DNA of 62,373 nucleotides from Stylophora pistillata (taxonomy: Eukaryota): positions 195,198-257,570 of the forward strand of contig NW_019217792.1 of NCBI RefSeq assembly GCF_002571385.2, given 5' to 3'. The position numbers and the translations under genes were made by a program. Under the pieces are notes generated by a model. That model did no database searches. It saw nothing but the letters and a program-made list of their open reading frames with translations, and was not told the origin of the DNA. Below are positions 12,132 through 61,420 of the stretch, in pieces (position 1 is the first letter of the stretch; the number at the start of each line of letters is the position of its first letter).

Positions 12132-15100
12132 ATGTCGACAGATCAGCTGCTACTATGTTATAATAAGGGTTGTGGAAAAAAATACAAAGAGGACGAAAAT
12201 GGAGAAGGTAATGATTATTCGTTGGATAGTTGACAAGTACTAGTCTAGTAGTTCCGTCGAAATGACTTATCGCTTGCATGATACTCATTACTGTACAACT
12301 AATTTTACTTTTTCGATCAGTTTTAAAAGTGATATCTTTTCTACTGTGACTTTTAATATATTTTGAATGATCTGCAGCCAGTTTGGTATCCGACAGCTGA
12401 AATGTACTGAAACATATTTAATATCTAGTATGTACCCAGGTAGCACTTGTTATACGTTGAAAGGGAAATGTTTAAGGACATGTTTGAAATCAAAGAAAAC
12501 CAGAGACAACATAGTTGAATAATCAAATGAAAACCCAAATGGCCTTTTTAGAAAGAAAATTTGGAATACATGTAGATGATTGGGGAAATTAAAAGTTTGC
12601 ATTAACTCTTGTCATATTATGATACAGGTTCTTTTAGTTTTGGATATAACTATCATGCTTGTTTAGGCTGGTATAGATATAATTTCCTCTCTTTTCTGAG
12701 ATTATTTGAAATGTCTGTTGAAAACAAGTGATATCAATTTTTTTACAGATGTATGTTTACATCATCCTGGTTGTCCAGTATTTCATGATGCTCTGAAGGT
12801 AAGATAGTAGTGAATCATTCTAGTATTGTTGTTCAAGTCATAGTAGAGATGCACACACTCCGATTGGTCAAGGATTGCATCAAATCTTGCTCTAATCACC
12901 TCACCTGTGCAGGGGCGCTAGATTTCAAAATGGCTGCCTCAACTTTGTTTTGGGGATTATTCAACAGAGTTCACTTAGCCTGCAACCAAGAATTGTTTAA
13001 TATATCTGAGAGGGTTATTTGTAATTCTGGCCCAGGTTGTTCAAAGGTGGGTTAAGATAACCCAGAGTTAGTGTGAAATTTGATATCAGATCTAAAAGCT
13101 TTAAAAGAAAATTCAGTTCAATTCCATTTGTCTACAATTAATTGATGACTGAATGCTCTGAAAAGAATTGGGAAAATTAGTCCAAAATGGCTTTTGAACA
13201 GAGAAATATAGAAACCTATTGGTGCTAATCAGCCTTCAAACAACTGGGCCAGCTCTGCATTCATAACCAGAGCTGTGGTCTAGCAGCGCCCGGTAGCCCC
13301 TGGCGCCTTATTTTTGCTCTTGGGCGACTCAGGAATCTTAGTTTTTTCATAAAAAGCATATGCTGGGCACTCTGGATTTCAGCTTCAGAGCACTGGGCTC
13401 CCTTCAATTTTTCTTAGAGCACAGCCTTGATAACTAGTAAGCTTGCTGTCAACTCCAAGATAGAATTTCTCTTAAAAATAGCAACAGTAACAAGCAGACA
13501 ACAAGTGAGAATTAAGAAAATTATCAATGTGGAGATTATTAGTTGATCCAAAATTGAATTCTCCAAACTGAAAATCATAAGAATTGTATGACAAACACTA
13601 ATGAGAATTACTTAGGAGATCTTGGAAGGGAAAGGGTTAATGAACATGGTTACCAGTAGGTACACTTGCATTGACATTAATGCCATTTTTAAATGAAAAA
13701 TTTTAAAAATGGCAGACTTTTGCTTGTTTTTTCATTGTTTAGGTCTCTGTCTGTGGAGGCTAGTGCAGTGAACACAGACAAAAGATATGATCACGTGATA
13801 GATTGATCACTTGTAGAAATGGGAAAGAAAGAAAAAATGATAAAAATAATTTACTCTGATTTGTAGGGCTGGTCCTGTTGCAAGAAAAGAGTTACAGACT
13901 TTACAGAATTCTTAAACATCAAGGTAAGCTAGATAACTAAGCTTTATCTTTTTTTAAGGACATTTATAATTGGAAACTGGTATACATAACCAAAATGTGA
14001 CAAACAAACTATGTAACAGAGAACAGATTTCTCAAAATGCTTTCTTTTGCTAGGGTTGCACTAAATCATGCCATACTAATGTGAAACCTCCTGAACCAGA
14101 AAAACCCAATACAGATGACAAGGCTCTCGGACTTGATGAGGTGAGATTCAACAACTGTTTTTCAAGGCCAGGTTTTTATGATTCCATTGTGTCTCTACTT
14201 ACTTATAATCATGGATACTCTTACTTTTCAGGTGATAAAAGTTAAACCACCTAAACGAAAACCAATACCAACTGAACCTGTAGAAAGACCAAGGTATTTA
14301 TATACTGTTACGGTATTATCCAAACCGCCAGAAAGATACAACTCGTACAACCCAACTACTTTATTGACTGACTTAATAACTACGGAGCGAAATCAAAACT
14401 AGTACAATAACTATCCTCGTAACTTAGAGCCCTCTATGAATCATATAACTTCAATCTCAGTGCACTACCGCACAACTCACAGTTCTCTTGAAAAACTCTT
14501 AAAACTTGTCGACGCACACAATACTTTTTCCAACGTAGCCTTCCACACGGCTCACAACAACTCCGTCCGGCTCTTGCTCCTCTGGGCTCTTCGCAACAGC
14601 AGCTTTATCTCACTAAAAAGGCCTTTTTCTCTAAGCTAGCATGACTCCTTATATACCTTTCACAAAAGTTCTAGAATGTTCTGGAGATCTTTGATATTGC
14701 TATTTTTAGTAACATTACACTACGATTACATCTTAGCAAAAATATGCTGAGTCACGGTTCTAGAAAGTTCTTCTAAAAGTTTCCGCTTAGTCAGTGTAAC
14801 TAAGTGTTCTAGAAAGTTCTTCATGCTATTTTTAGGAATCATGTAACACCGCGCTCTTTGGAAAAATATGGGCGCTCTCCATAACAATACCAACTCAAAA
14901 CTGTTTATTATGATTTTTAATTTCATTAATTGAAAAAAAATACTCATAAGAAAAATCTTTGAGGGCTTTCTCTCTGAAATGTTTTGAAATAACGTTTACC
15001 CAAAATGTGTCATGTTTTAAGTAATACTATCTGTGTTCTTGTTTCAGTGATGACCTTCCTAAGATAAAACTTAAAATGACAGTAGCAGATTCTTTGAAGA

Positions 15101-18100
15101 AAGCCCTGGTAAAACTTAAAGACCAAGAAAAGGACAAACCTGGAGTTTGCGAGGGTAAGTGACTTGAAAAATGTTTTTCAGTTTATGTGACTTTTTGGGA
15201 ATTTGAATTTTTAGGTGTAAAAGTTGTATAGAATGAGAATACTGTGTAAGTGTACAAATGCTGTTAACCCTCAAACCCCAAGAAGTGATTAACAGGTAAC
15301 TTCTCCCTATAATATGTATATTTGTATATTGTAGATTTGTATATTTTTATTATTAAGATTTTCAAACTATTTTAACTATGAATTTTGTTTCTTGTATATT
15401 ATACACGTAATTCAGTCTTCGGACTGGGAGGTGTTTCTTTTTAATAAACGATTTATCTAACATCATCCATCAAACAGGTAATGAGAATACTCAGATTTAT
15501 CACATAAAAGTTGTTACCTTGATGTAACACCAAATTCTTGTAACTAATTTTTAAGGAAATAATTTGAATATATCAACAAAGTTGAAATGGTAAATTGGCC
15601 ACCGTTACGATTATAAAAGCTGACGTTTCATCAGAGCGAATCAATGGTGAATCATCGGTGGCCAATTTACCATTTCAACTTTGTTGATATATTCAAATTA
15701 TTTTGTTACCCCCACCGATGCAGCCCCAAACAGTTTCTTTAGAAACTATCAGCCTTTATTCATGTGTAATTTTTAAGGAAATGTGTAGCAGCTAGAGGGC
15801 AGAATTAACAGTCAGATCTTTGGAGTTAGAGGGTGAAAAAAAAAAAGTGTTCAAAAGTTGTGGCTGACCTTGGAAACAAGGATCATTTCATTTCAGGTAG
15901 TGAAACTGATGGTGGAATTAAACCTGGAACAACCTGCAAGAACAGTGGATGTATCACTGTAAGTTTTTCAGACTTTACTAAATTAAATGGGATGAGTCAA
16001 CCTTGGAAACAAAATTGTAACCCTGTTATTTGTTTTGCTATTTTTTAGTCATATGTAGATGAGAGTACAAATGATGATAAGTGTTGGCATCATTATGGAG
16101 TACCAGTGTTTCATGAAGGGTAAGGAACTGTTGACTTTGTTAGATAAAAATGACCCTAAGGAGAGGAAATACTTTCAACCCAGGCAAGGGGGAGAAGATC
16201 GCACTTCCACCCATAGGAAGTATTTTCCTAAAATTGAAATTGAGATGAGGTTAAGGAATCTTCTTTAAAAAAAAAAATAATTTACTGAACTTGAATAAAG
16301 TTTCCATGTTTTTGTTAGTCCCGGCAATCCTTAGTTACTCTACATTACTTTTAAATTGCTCATAATTCTTCTGTGTTCTACCTCAGGAAATGATTGTAAC
16401 GAACTTTTTTCCCAATTAACCCTTTAAGTCCTGAGTTGACCTCGTTCCCAGGGTCTCTCATCTTCCCGCCCCCTGGAGCGAGAGAAGAGAGACCCTGGGA
16501 ACAGGGTTGGTCTTAAGAGTGATTAGCCTCTGATTTCTCTTTACAGTATCAACCCTGATCAAACATTAACCCTTTAGCTGAGTGACCAAGACAGATTTTC
16601 TCCTTACAGTAGCAATGCAATGTTGAGCAGACAAGTAAAGAGAATAAAGAAAAATATCAGTTAGGGGATTATCAGTTGATCCAATACCAAATTCTCCAAA
16701 CTTGCACCATAAGAATTGTATGGCAGACAGTAGGGAGAATTATTAAGAAGATCTTTGGAGTGAAATGGTTAAGGTTGTAGAGAAATATGAAATGATTGCC
16801 AATACCATTGGTAATGTCTAGAGAACAGTATGGAGAATGTACATGCTGATGTTAGACTATAAAGAGTGAAAGGCAATTCACTTCCATGTGTTTTTGGGCA
16901 AGGCAACAGAAAGTCACAAGACCTCTTTCCACCCCGGAGAAGAACTGGGTACCAGGGGCCCTGTTTCTCAAAAGTCCCGGTAACTTAATGGGCCCATAAA
17001 GCTGTTCTGCTTTCATTCAAGATGGGGATTTCAAAAGTTTTGAGAATGTTACAGTAAAATTATCAGCGAAAGAAACAAAAAGGACTGGTTTGGCTGCCAG
17101 AACCTGCTTTCCTATCCTTTAAATTTTGATTTTAAAACATGGCTTCGGGCCCGTTAAGTTACCAGGACTTTCGAGAAATAGGCCTCAGGAAGTTGTCGGG
17201 GAATACTCACAAAATACTGAGGAGAGAGATGGGCTGGTTTCCTGTTCTTCCTCTTCCTGCTAGGACTTGAGTAACCCTTTCACTCTCATGGATACCCACT
17301 GTGTCATTTCACCTTAAACTGTCAATACATCATCCACCAGAAAGGTGATGAGAAGAAAGAAAAAAATATCAATGAGGGAATAGTGTTTGATTTAACATCA
17401 AATTCTCATAGCTCTAATTGTAAGAAATGTATTGAGGACAGAGAAGTGAATTGATAATGAGATCTTGGGAGTGAAAGAGTTGAACTTCAGCAAGATGGAG
17501 TTTAGTGCCCAAAAGGATTAACTTTTAATTACCTTTACCCAGTTGGTGAGGAAGAATTCAATATACTGGCAACTGATTTCAGGTATAAATTTTGGTCTTG
17601 TTGTCGGAAACGAACAACAGACTTTGATGAGTTCTTGAAACAGGAAGGATGCGCGTCGGGGTCTCACAGATGGGAACTAACGGAAGAGGTAGGTGGCATC
17701 CAAACTGATGTGTTGTTATAATTTGTACTGTGCAAGGCCCATCTATAGGAACTGTGGTGGGATATTTCGTGTGGTTTGTTTTTTTCGTCTCATTTACAAA
17801 TTTTTCATCAAATTGTAGAAAACCATAAAATATAGGCAGGGCTTGACACTAACAGTAACCCACTAGTGACAGACTAGTAGAAATTTGGCCAGTGGCTTTC
17901 GATTTCCACTAGCCAGTTTGGCTCGGAAACAAACTGAAATTTGTCATAACATCTAAGATGTCACTAACCACTCAGCTTGTAAGCTGAAAAGTTTGTCAAA
18001 CCCTGATAGAGGCAGAAAGAGAGAGAAATTTGAAGGACTTAGAAACAAAGAAAGATGGAATAAGTTTGGATTTTTTAGTGGGAGAGGATGGAAAAAGTAT

Positions 18101-20850
18101 TATAAAATATATATTTTTGGCATCATGCACACATTTAGTTTTTTATCTTCTTGATTTACTTTTATTGGCAGGAAAAGGCAAAAAGAGTTGTTTGCCGGTA
18201 AGAGTTTACATTAACTTTTCAAGCTCACTTTAGATCAGCCAACTGAATGGCCATAACAAGACAGTAAAGCCAATTTGAAATTAAAATCTCTTTGTCAGTG
18301 CCATGTGACTAATGCATTTCTTTTAGTCCCTTTTTAAACTTTTCATACCTTCAACTACAAATACTACTCTCTGGGTGTGTTTTCAATTGCAAAACTCAGG
18401 GGTACAAGGGATTGGAAGGTCATGACCCTGGCCATGGGTAATAACATTACAAATGGAACACTGAATTCAAAAATTGGGAGTGGAACTAAAAGTAGATTGC
18501 TTTGGTCACATCTATAACCCTTTCACTCTCGTTGTTAACCTTTTAATTCCCAGAAGTGATTACATGTAACTTCTCCCTTTAATATCCAGTTATTACCCAT
18601 CAAACAGGTAATGAGAATTCTCAAACGTATCTGGTAGAAATTTTTGTCTTAATCTAAATCCATATTCTAGTAGCTAAAATAAGGGAATGTGTAGCAATGA
18701 GAGGGGAGAATTAACTATCAGATCTCAGGAGGTAAAGGGGTCATCCTCGGTGTAAAACCTGAGGAGGTTTTCTTTGTTTCATGAGGTATTGTTTTGTTGT
18801 ACGCTATTGTTTATAATGTTTTGTTGTCTTTGTTTTACGTCACTCGTGAGCTTCACAGGTTTTTACACCGAGGATGAGCTAGTTAAAGGGTTGATAAACT
18901 GACAGGCAGAAAGGTGATGAGAAGCAAAGAAAATTAGGGAAATTAATTTTGTTATCAGTTAGGAGACAGTTTTTAAATCCAGGGAAATGGAAATTTCATC
19001 AAAGAATTCCTATGCAGACGACATGTTTGTGTTCCTTTCCAGGTATGACTGGTTCAAGATGGGAAACTTTATCGTCATTTCAGTATTTGCTAAGCTGAGT
19101 GATCCTCAACAAACTTTTGTAGAAGCAAATAAAACAATTGTAAGTTGAACATTTCAATACTATTGACAGATATAGGTAATGGACAAGTGACCAAATTCCC
19201 TGTGCATGTAACACTTTGCTGGCAAGAAACCATTCCATCCACATAACCATTCTACCTTTCGAAAAGTGTCCAAGTTCTCTTAAGCACCCATCTGTCAAAT
19301 AAGAACAACCCTACTTCCTCACTCTCTTAAATGGTAAGGATACAAAGAAACCCATTTCTATTTATAACCTTAAAGCTTCCTCTATAGCAGAATCAGTGTT
19401 TGAGAGTAGTAAGCATCCCCCTCCTGTAGGTGCCCCCCATTCACTTTTTAGCCAAAACTTTAATAAACTGCTGAGGTGCTTATTTGAAAAACAGTATCTG
19501 ACCAGCATGATTATTTATTTTTACTTCAGGTGAAAGCCCATGTGGTGTTTGGGGGCTCAAATGTATTTGAACTTCAGCTCAATCTTCATGGGGTGAGTTG
19601 TAGTTTAAAATTACTTTGGAAAAGTTAGCTAGGGAAATCCAATATACAAAAATCAATTAAGTATCATGATAGCAGTTTTTAAAATGAAGTATGTCTTATT
19701 GTCTTGGATGTAAATTTGATATTTTATGGCCATTTGGGAGAACACAATATCTTATTTTATTACACGACTCAGGCAGTCAGAGGGCCAATAACTAAAATCA
19801 ACCAATCAAAATGCTCTATTGCCAGTCAATATTTTCTCAGTATTGGTCCCGAATGGTTCCGAATGATACCGCACTTGTGTCCCTTTGAACTTCAGTCGTA
19901 TAATAAATCTCTTATTAACCAAGCTTGCTCGGGACCGTACTGGAAGAATATCGGCCCTCGGTCTTTTTTGTACGGACCTCGCTGCGCTCGGTCCGTACTG
20001 TCAAGACCTTGGGCCAATATTCTCCCAGTACAGCCCTCACGCTTGGTTAATAAGATATATATATAATATGCCCTCCTGAATTTAAGTGTTTGTTTGATGT
20101 TAATGTTGGAACGTTTATTCCTTGGCATTTGGTGTTGATGTCATCTCAGCTCACCAGTATTAAATCACAATTGAACCTTTGTAAGATCAGAAAGAAAAGT
20201 CTTTTGGAAAGAAGAGTGGGACTGGAAGGACAAAACAGGTTGTTTAAATTGGCTGAGACATAGGCATACTCAATTTGTTTTGGATTGAGCAACAGCCAAT
20301 CTAATAATAAGGAGTTTAGGAAAACTCAATGCTAAAACAAGTAAACTGTACAAAGTATTGCAGCGCCTTGCCCCAATATTGGTTTTAGATTCAAATCTGG
20401 TTGTTTTAGTAGGTGGTGCATGGTTTCCAGACCAATCACAAATTGATTGTAGTGAAGCCTCACATGATGAAATCCCTTGTCACTTGTAACATAATTGTCA
20501 GGCAGACTTCAGATAAGCAGACAAGTAGGAAATATTCAGATCGATGTCAGCTTCTGAGCAACTGTGCACCCCCACCCCTCCCTTAATCCAACAAGTGTTG
20601 AGTTAGGGGAAGGGTGGGTACAGAGTTGTGCAGATACTGATACTGATCAAAACATTTCTGTTAGGAAGGAGCTAAATCTTCGCACAATGGTTTCTTTTTT
20701 AAGGTGATTATTCCAGAACAAAGTTCAGTGATGTTATCCCAGACCAAGGTGGAGATAAAACTACGAAAAGAAGACATCGGAAGGTGGCCTTCTCTGGAAC
20801 TAAAGAAACCAACTGAAGAAAACCCAGTGAAAGTGGAAGAGTCAAAATAA
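12132..20850 (+). CDS. CHORDC1: CHORDC1 (CHP-1/Morgana), CHORD-CHORD-CS HSP90 co-chaperone, 13 exons, 336 aa
   Basis: Exons 12132-12207, 12749-12798, 13867-13923, 14054-14140, 14232-14293, 15048-15154, 15897-15958, 16049-16119, 17583-17688, 18172-18197, 19043-19139, 19530-19592 and 20704-20850 join in frame (1011 bp). CHORD1: CYNKGCG...[36 protein letters not shown]2: CKNSGC...[33 protein letters not shown] domain: CRYDWF...TKVEIKLRK...W. Confidence 0.95.
13030..13250. mobile_element. TIR-bounded MITE (Harbinger-like)
   Basis: GGCCCAGGTTGTTCAAAGG...CCTTCAAACAACTGGGCC inverted termini. Similar architecture occurs at ~16955-17186 and ~39937-40136. Confidence 0.6.
13268..13429. mobile_element. 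MITE with CA(G/A)...TG termini and 5-bp TSD (hAT5-like); second copy inverted at ~6162-6324
   Basis: TIRs CAGAGCTGTG / CACAGCCTTG are flanked by the direct repeat ATAAC. A homologous copy lies in CCDC58 intron 2. Confidence 0.7.
14306..14886 (-). mobile_element. Solo LTR (581 bp, Gypsy-like 4-bp TSD) in CHORDC1 intron 5
   Basis: TGTTA...TAACA termini with an ATAC direct repeat at 14302-14305 and 14887-14890. On the minus strand there is a TATATAA box (14649-14655) and AATAAA (14360-14365) in U3-R order. Confidence 0.8.
14668..14820. promoter_or_regulatory. Cluster of three heat-shock elements plus an ARE/AP-1 site in the LTR U3
   Basis: nTTCnnGAAnnTTCn at 14668-14682 (gTTCtaGAAtgTTCt), 14757-14771 and 14806-14820 (gTTCtaGAAagTTCt). 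GTGACTCAGCA on the minus strand at 14745-14755. Confidence 0.75.
15561..15766. mobile_element. Hairpin retro-insert (Penelope-like/retrozyme-type remnant) with 16-bp TSD
   Basis: Perfect 48-bp inverted arms at 15557-15604 and 15656-15703. Flanking direct repeat TAATTTTTAAGGAAAT at 15545-15560 and 15767-15782. A partial copy lies at 43583-43617. Confidence 0.65.
16417..16871. mobile_element. Nested TTAA-CCCTT...AAGGG-TTAA MITEs (piggyBac-type), representative of a family with >10 copies in the window
   Basis: An inner ~200-bp copy (16570-16768) has TTAA on both sides and sits in the TTAA of an outer copy. A palindromic GGGTCTCTC...GAGAGACCC insert lies at ~16439-16509. Related copies are at ~5105-5211, 6867-7027, 10970-11172, 13440-13640, 15264-15833, 17273-17482, 18536-18742, 22240-22375, 23198-23390, 28436-28650, 29839-30050 and 52261-52473. 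Confidence 0.75.
17837..18005. mobile_element. MITE CAGGGCTTGACA...TGTCAAACCCTG with 5-bp TSD (hAT5-like); copies at 56350-56512 and ~57677-57850
   Basis: Inverted termini. The TSD is ATAGG/ATAGA here and a perfect GCTGG at 56345-56349 / 56513-56517. Confidence 0.75.
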
Positions 20851-23009
20851 ATTCAATTTTTAAAATGAGAAACGTACATAACAAATAACAGTCAGAAACA
20901 TCAAACACGATATGTATCACAGAAGTTTTCTTGTGCATGGCAATTTTCTTGTAGTTTTGGAATACTCTGTGGTTATTATTTAATCTTCTTTCTGCTTGCC
21001 TTGGATAAAAGAAAAAGAAAAACAGAGGGAATAAACACTGCAGTGCAATGGTCATTTGGTTATTTCCCTACCGATTTTCTTCGGCAAGACACGACGCGAG
21101 CTATTGACCCTTTTTTTTAAATGAGCTTAGGAATTAGCAAAAATGGTGTGAAGAAAACAATTTTACAAATACAGAAATACTGTCTTATCTGTTGACAATA
21201 AGGTAATAAAGAAATTGGAACTGATTGTGGCGGTCGTTTAAGCAGTTTTTCCACATTCTCCGAAATGGCAAATGGCTACTTGCTTTAGCAATGTTACCCT
21301 TGCTCATCGGAGGGCGTTACCGCAAGGACCTCCTGATCCATCAAATATTTGTCTCGCTCCTAATTAGTTGTATAAGGGCGTTACCCACGCCAAAAGAACC
21401 ATTTGCACAACCTGCTGTGCGCATAAATAAATCTTTAGTCATTTTTGGTAGAATTATCAAACCGACGCTACAAAAAGATATTCCACCCACGCTAATGCAA
21501 TTGAACGTTTAACTAGAGTGCAAAAAAGCTCTCTTCGCTCAGCCGTCCAAGTCTGCTCTTCCCCAACCGCGACCCCTACTGACCACGGATTACACTATCT
21601 GTAACATCCAAGCAACTTAATGTTCCAAGAAAATAAGTTTTCGGTCAGTTTTGTACCAAAAAACAGTCGCAATCAGGTCTCAAAACTATGTAACCCACTA
21701 AAAACACGGAACCCTCCGATATCTCAGGGGAAAATTTGAACCTAGTGTTTGGTTGCTGCGTTGGTAGAGCATTAGTACGCGAAAACTGATCCGATGGTCG
21801 ACTTTCGATCACTCGAAGGGAACTTTTTAGGTCCCAAGCGTGACCAAAAGAAAACAACGTTCCTTCTTCATGAGTTTTTTTTTTTTTTTACAAAAGTGAC
21901 TGTTACCATATTATATTCAACAATTCACTATTTCAGTAACTGTGCAGTCCTGAAAACAGTAAAACACCAACAATGTATCACCATATTACCAAGAATTTAT
22001 TTCAAATCCCTTTTGAGAAGTTCCTCTACAGAGTGGCACAATTAAAATTAAGAAACGTTGTCAGGTATCAGAGTAAGTGCGTCTACTGTAAGACCCATTC
22101 CAACGAACACTACTCATCGCATCACGGCACAGGGCCTCTTTTTAACCCAACTTGTGTCTTTCACTACTTATAGGTACTAATTCTATTGGAACTAACGCGA
22201 GAAACTGTAAAAGTTCCTAAGGGAAGGGAGGGAAAAGGCTTAACCTCTAAGAGTGACAAGAATCTAGTTTCTCCTGACAATGTCACCCCTGAGTCACACA
22301 GAGAGGTCATGAAAATAAATCAAATGTGTAGAGAACAGTACTGAGAACATATATACTGATGTCGGGGTGTAAAGGCTCGAGAAAACCCTTCAAAGAAACA
22401 CTACCCACAAAAAGAGCTAACTTCACTTGTAGCATTTCTAAGAATACTTTTTTTTTTAAAGAAAAGGTAACGCTTTCTATGTTCCTCTAGCTACCTACAC
22501 TTTTATCATCTAAGAAGTCATAAAATTTTTAATTTTGCACGAATGGAAACACGTTAAAAAATTACTTTTAAACGAGACTTGGCACATAGAATTGATTTAA
22601 ATCGATAACTTAATCGTTCCAAGTTTCAAATATATATTTATATATTAATATTAGGTCACGTTCATTGACAGAAAAATAAGTTAATAACCATGATTATACA
22701 TAAGCTGATAGATAACGTAATAAATATCCTTGTATCAACGTCATAAATGTGCTCTTAACTTTGACATTAAGTGAGGAGGGTTTTTCCTTTTTCGGCCACT
22801 TTTTTTCTCAATCTACGAACGATCCTTATTTCTAACACGATAAAATCTAAATCGACACCTACTGCTCGAAACCGATAAATTATTCTCGTGATAAGTTCCA
22901 CATTATATTAAAAAGCTAGTCTGCTAAAAGGGTAAAACAGCCCGTTGCTACCATGCTTAGGTGGCGGTAGCGTTTAAGGAATTGCTGGGCGCTTTTTGTA
23001 TCATTTTGT

Positions 23010-61133
<38,124 letters not shown>

Positions 61134-61420
61134 GTCTACTGACTTGAGTTGACGTTTTCAGTCAGACAAATAGTTTTTATTACTATGCAGGGCTAAAGTA
61201 ACTAAGAAACTTGGGAATGCACCCTGTACTGTACACTCTAGCACAAGCTAACAGACACTGGTGAAATCAATCGAGAAACGTGGTTGAATGATTGTTTTTC
61301 CACGAAGAATTGGACTTTGGCGCTTACACACGTGAATGGCATGCCATGGTGTTACAGGAAATGTAACCAATTAAAAACCACTTCCGGTCCGGCCCGAGTA
61401 CCCGAGTCACGCGTAAATTT
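61134..61420 (-). promoter_or_regulatory. Putative glutamate synthase promoter and 5' leader with a probable UTR intron
   Basis: CpG-rich patch, ETS motif CCGGAAGTG (61380-61388) and donor GTAAG at 61327. Candidate AG acceptors lie at ~61183-61204. Confidence 0.45.

Noticed and set aside
13743-13800. Possible extra CHORDC1 exon after a pyrimidine tract and AG
   Set aside because: In-frame stop after six codons, and the flanking exons already join into a complete CHORD1.
19704-20128. Overlapping ORFs of 64-120 aa
   Set aside because: They lie in an intronic repeat-like stretch of CHORDC1 and show no recognisable domain.
21225-21512. 95-aa ORF between CHORDC1 and GOGAT
   Set aside because: Non-ATG start, no recognisable motif and no supporting exon structure.
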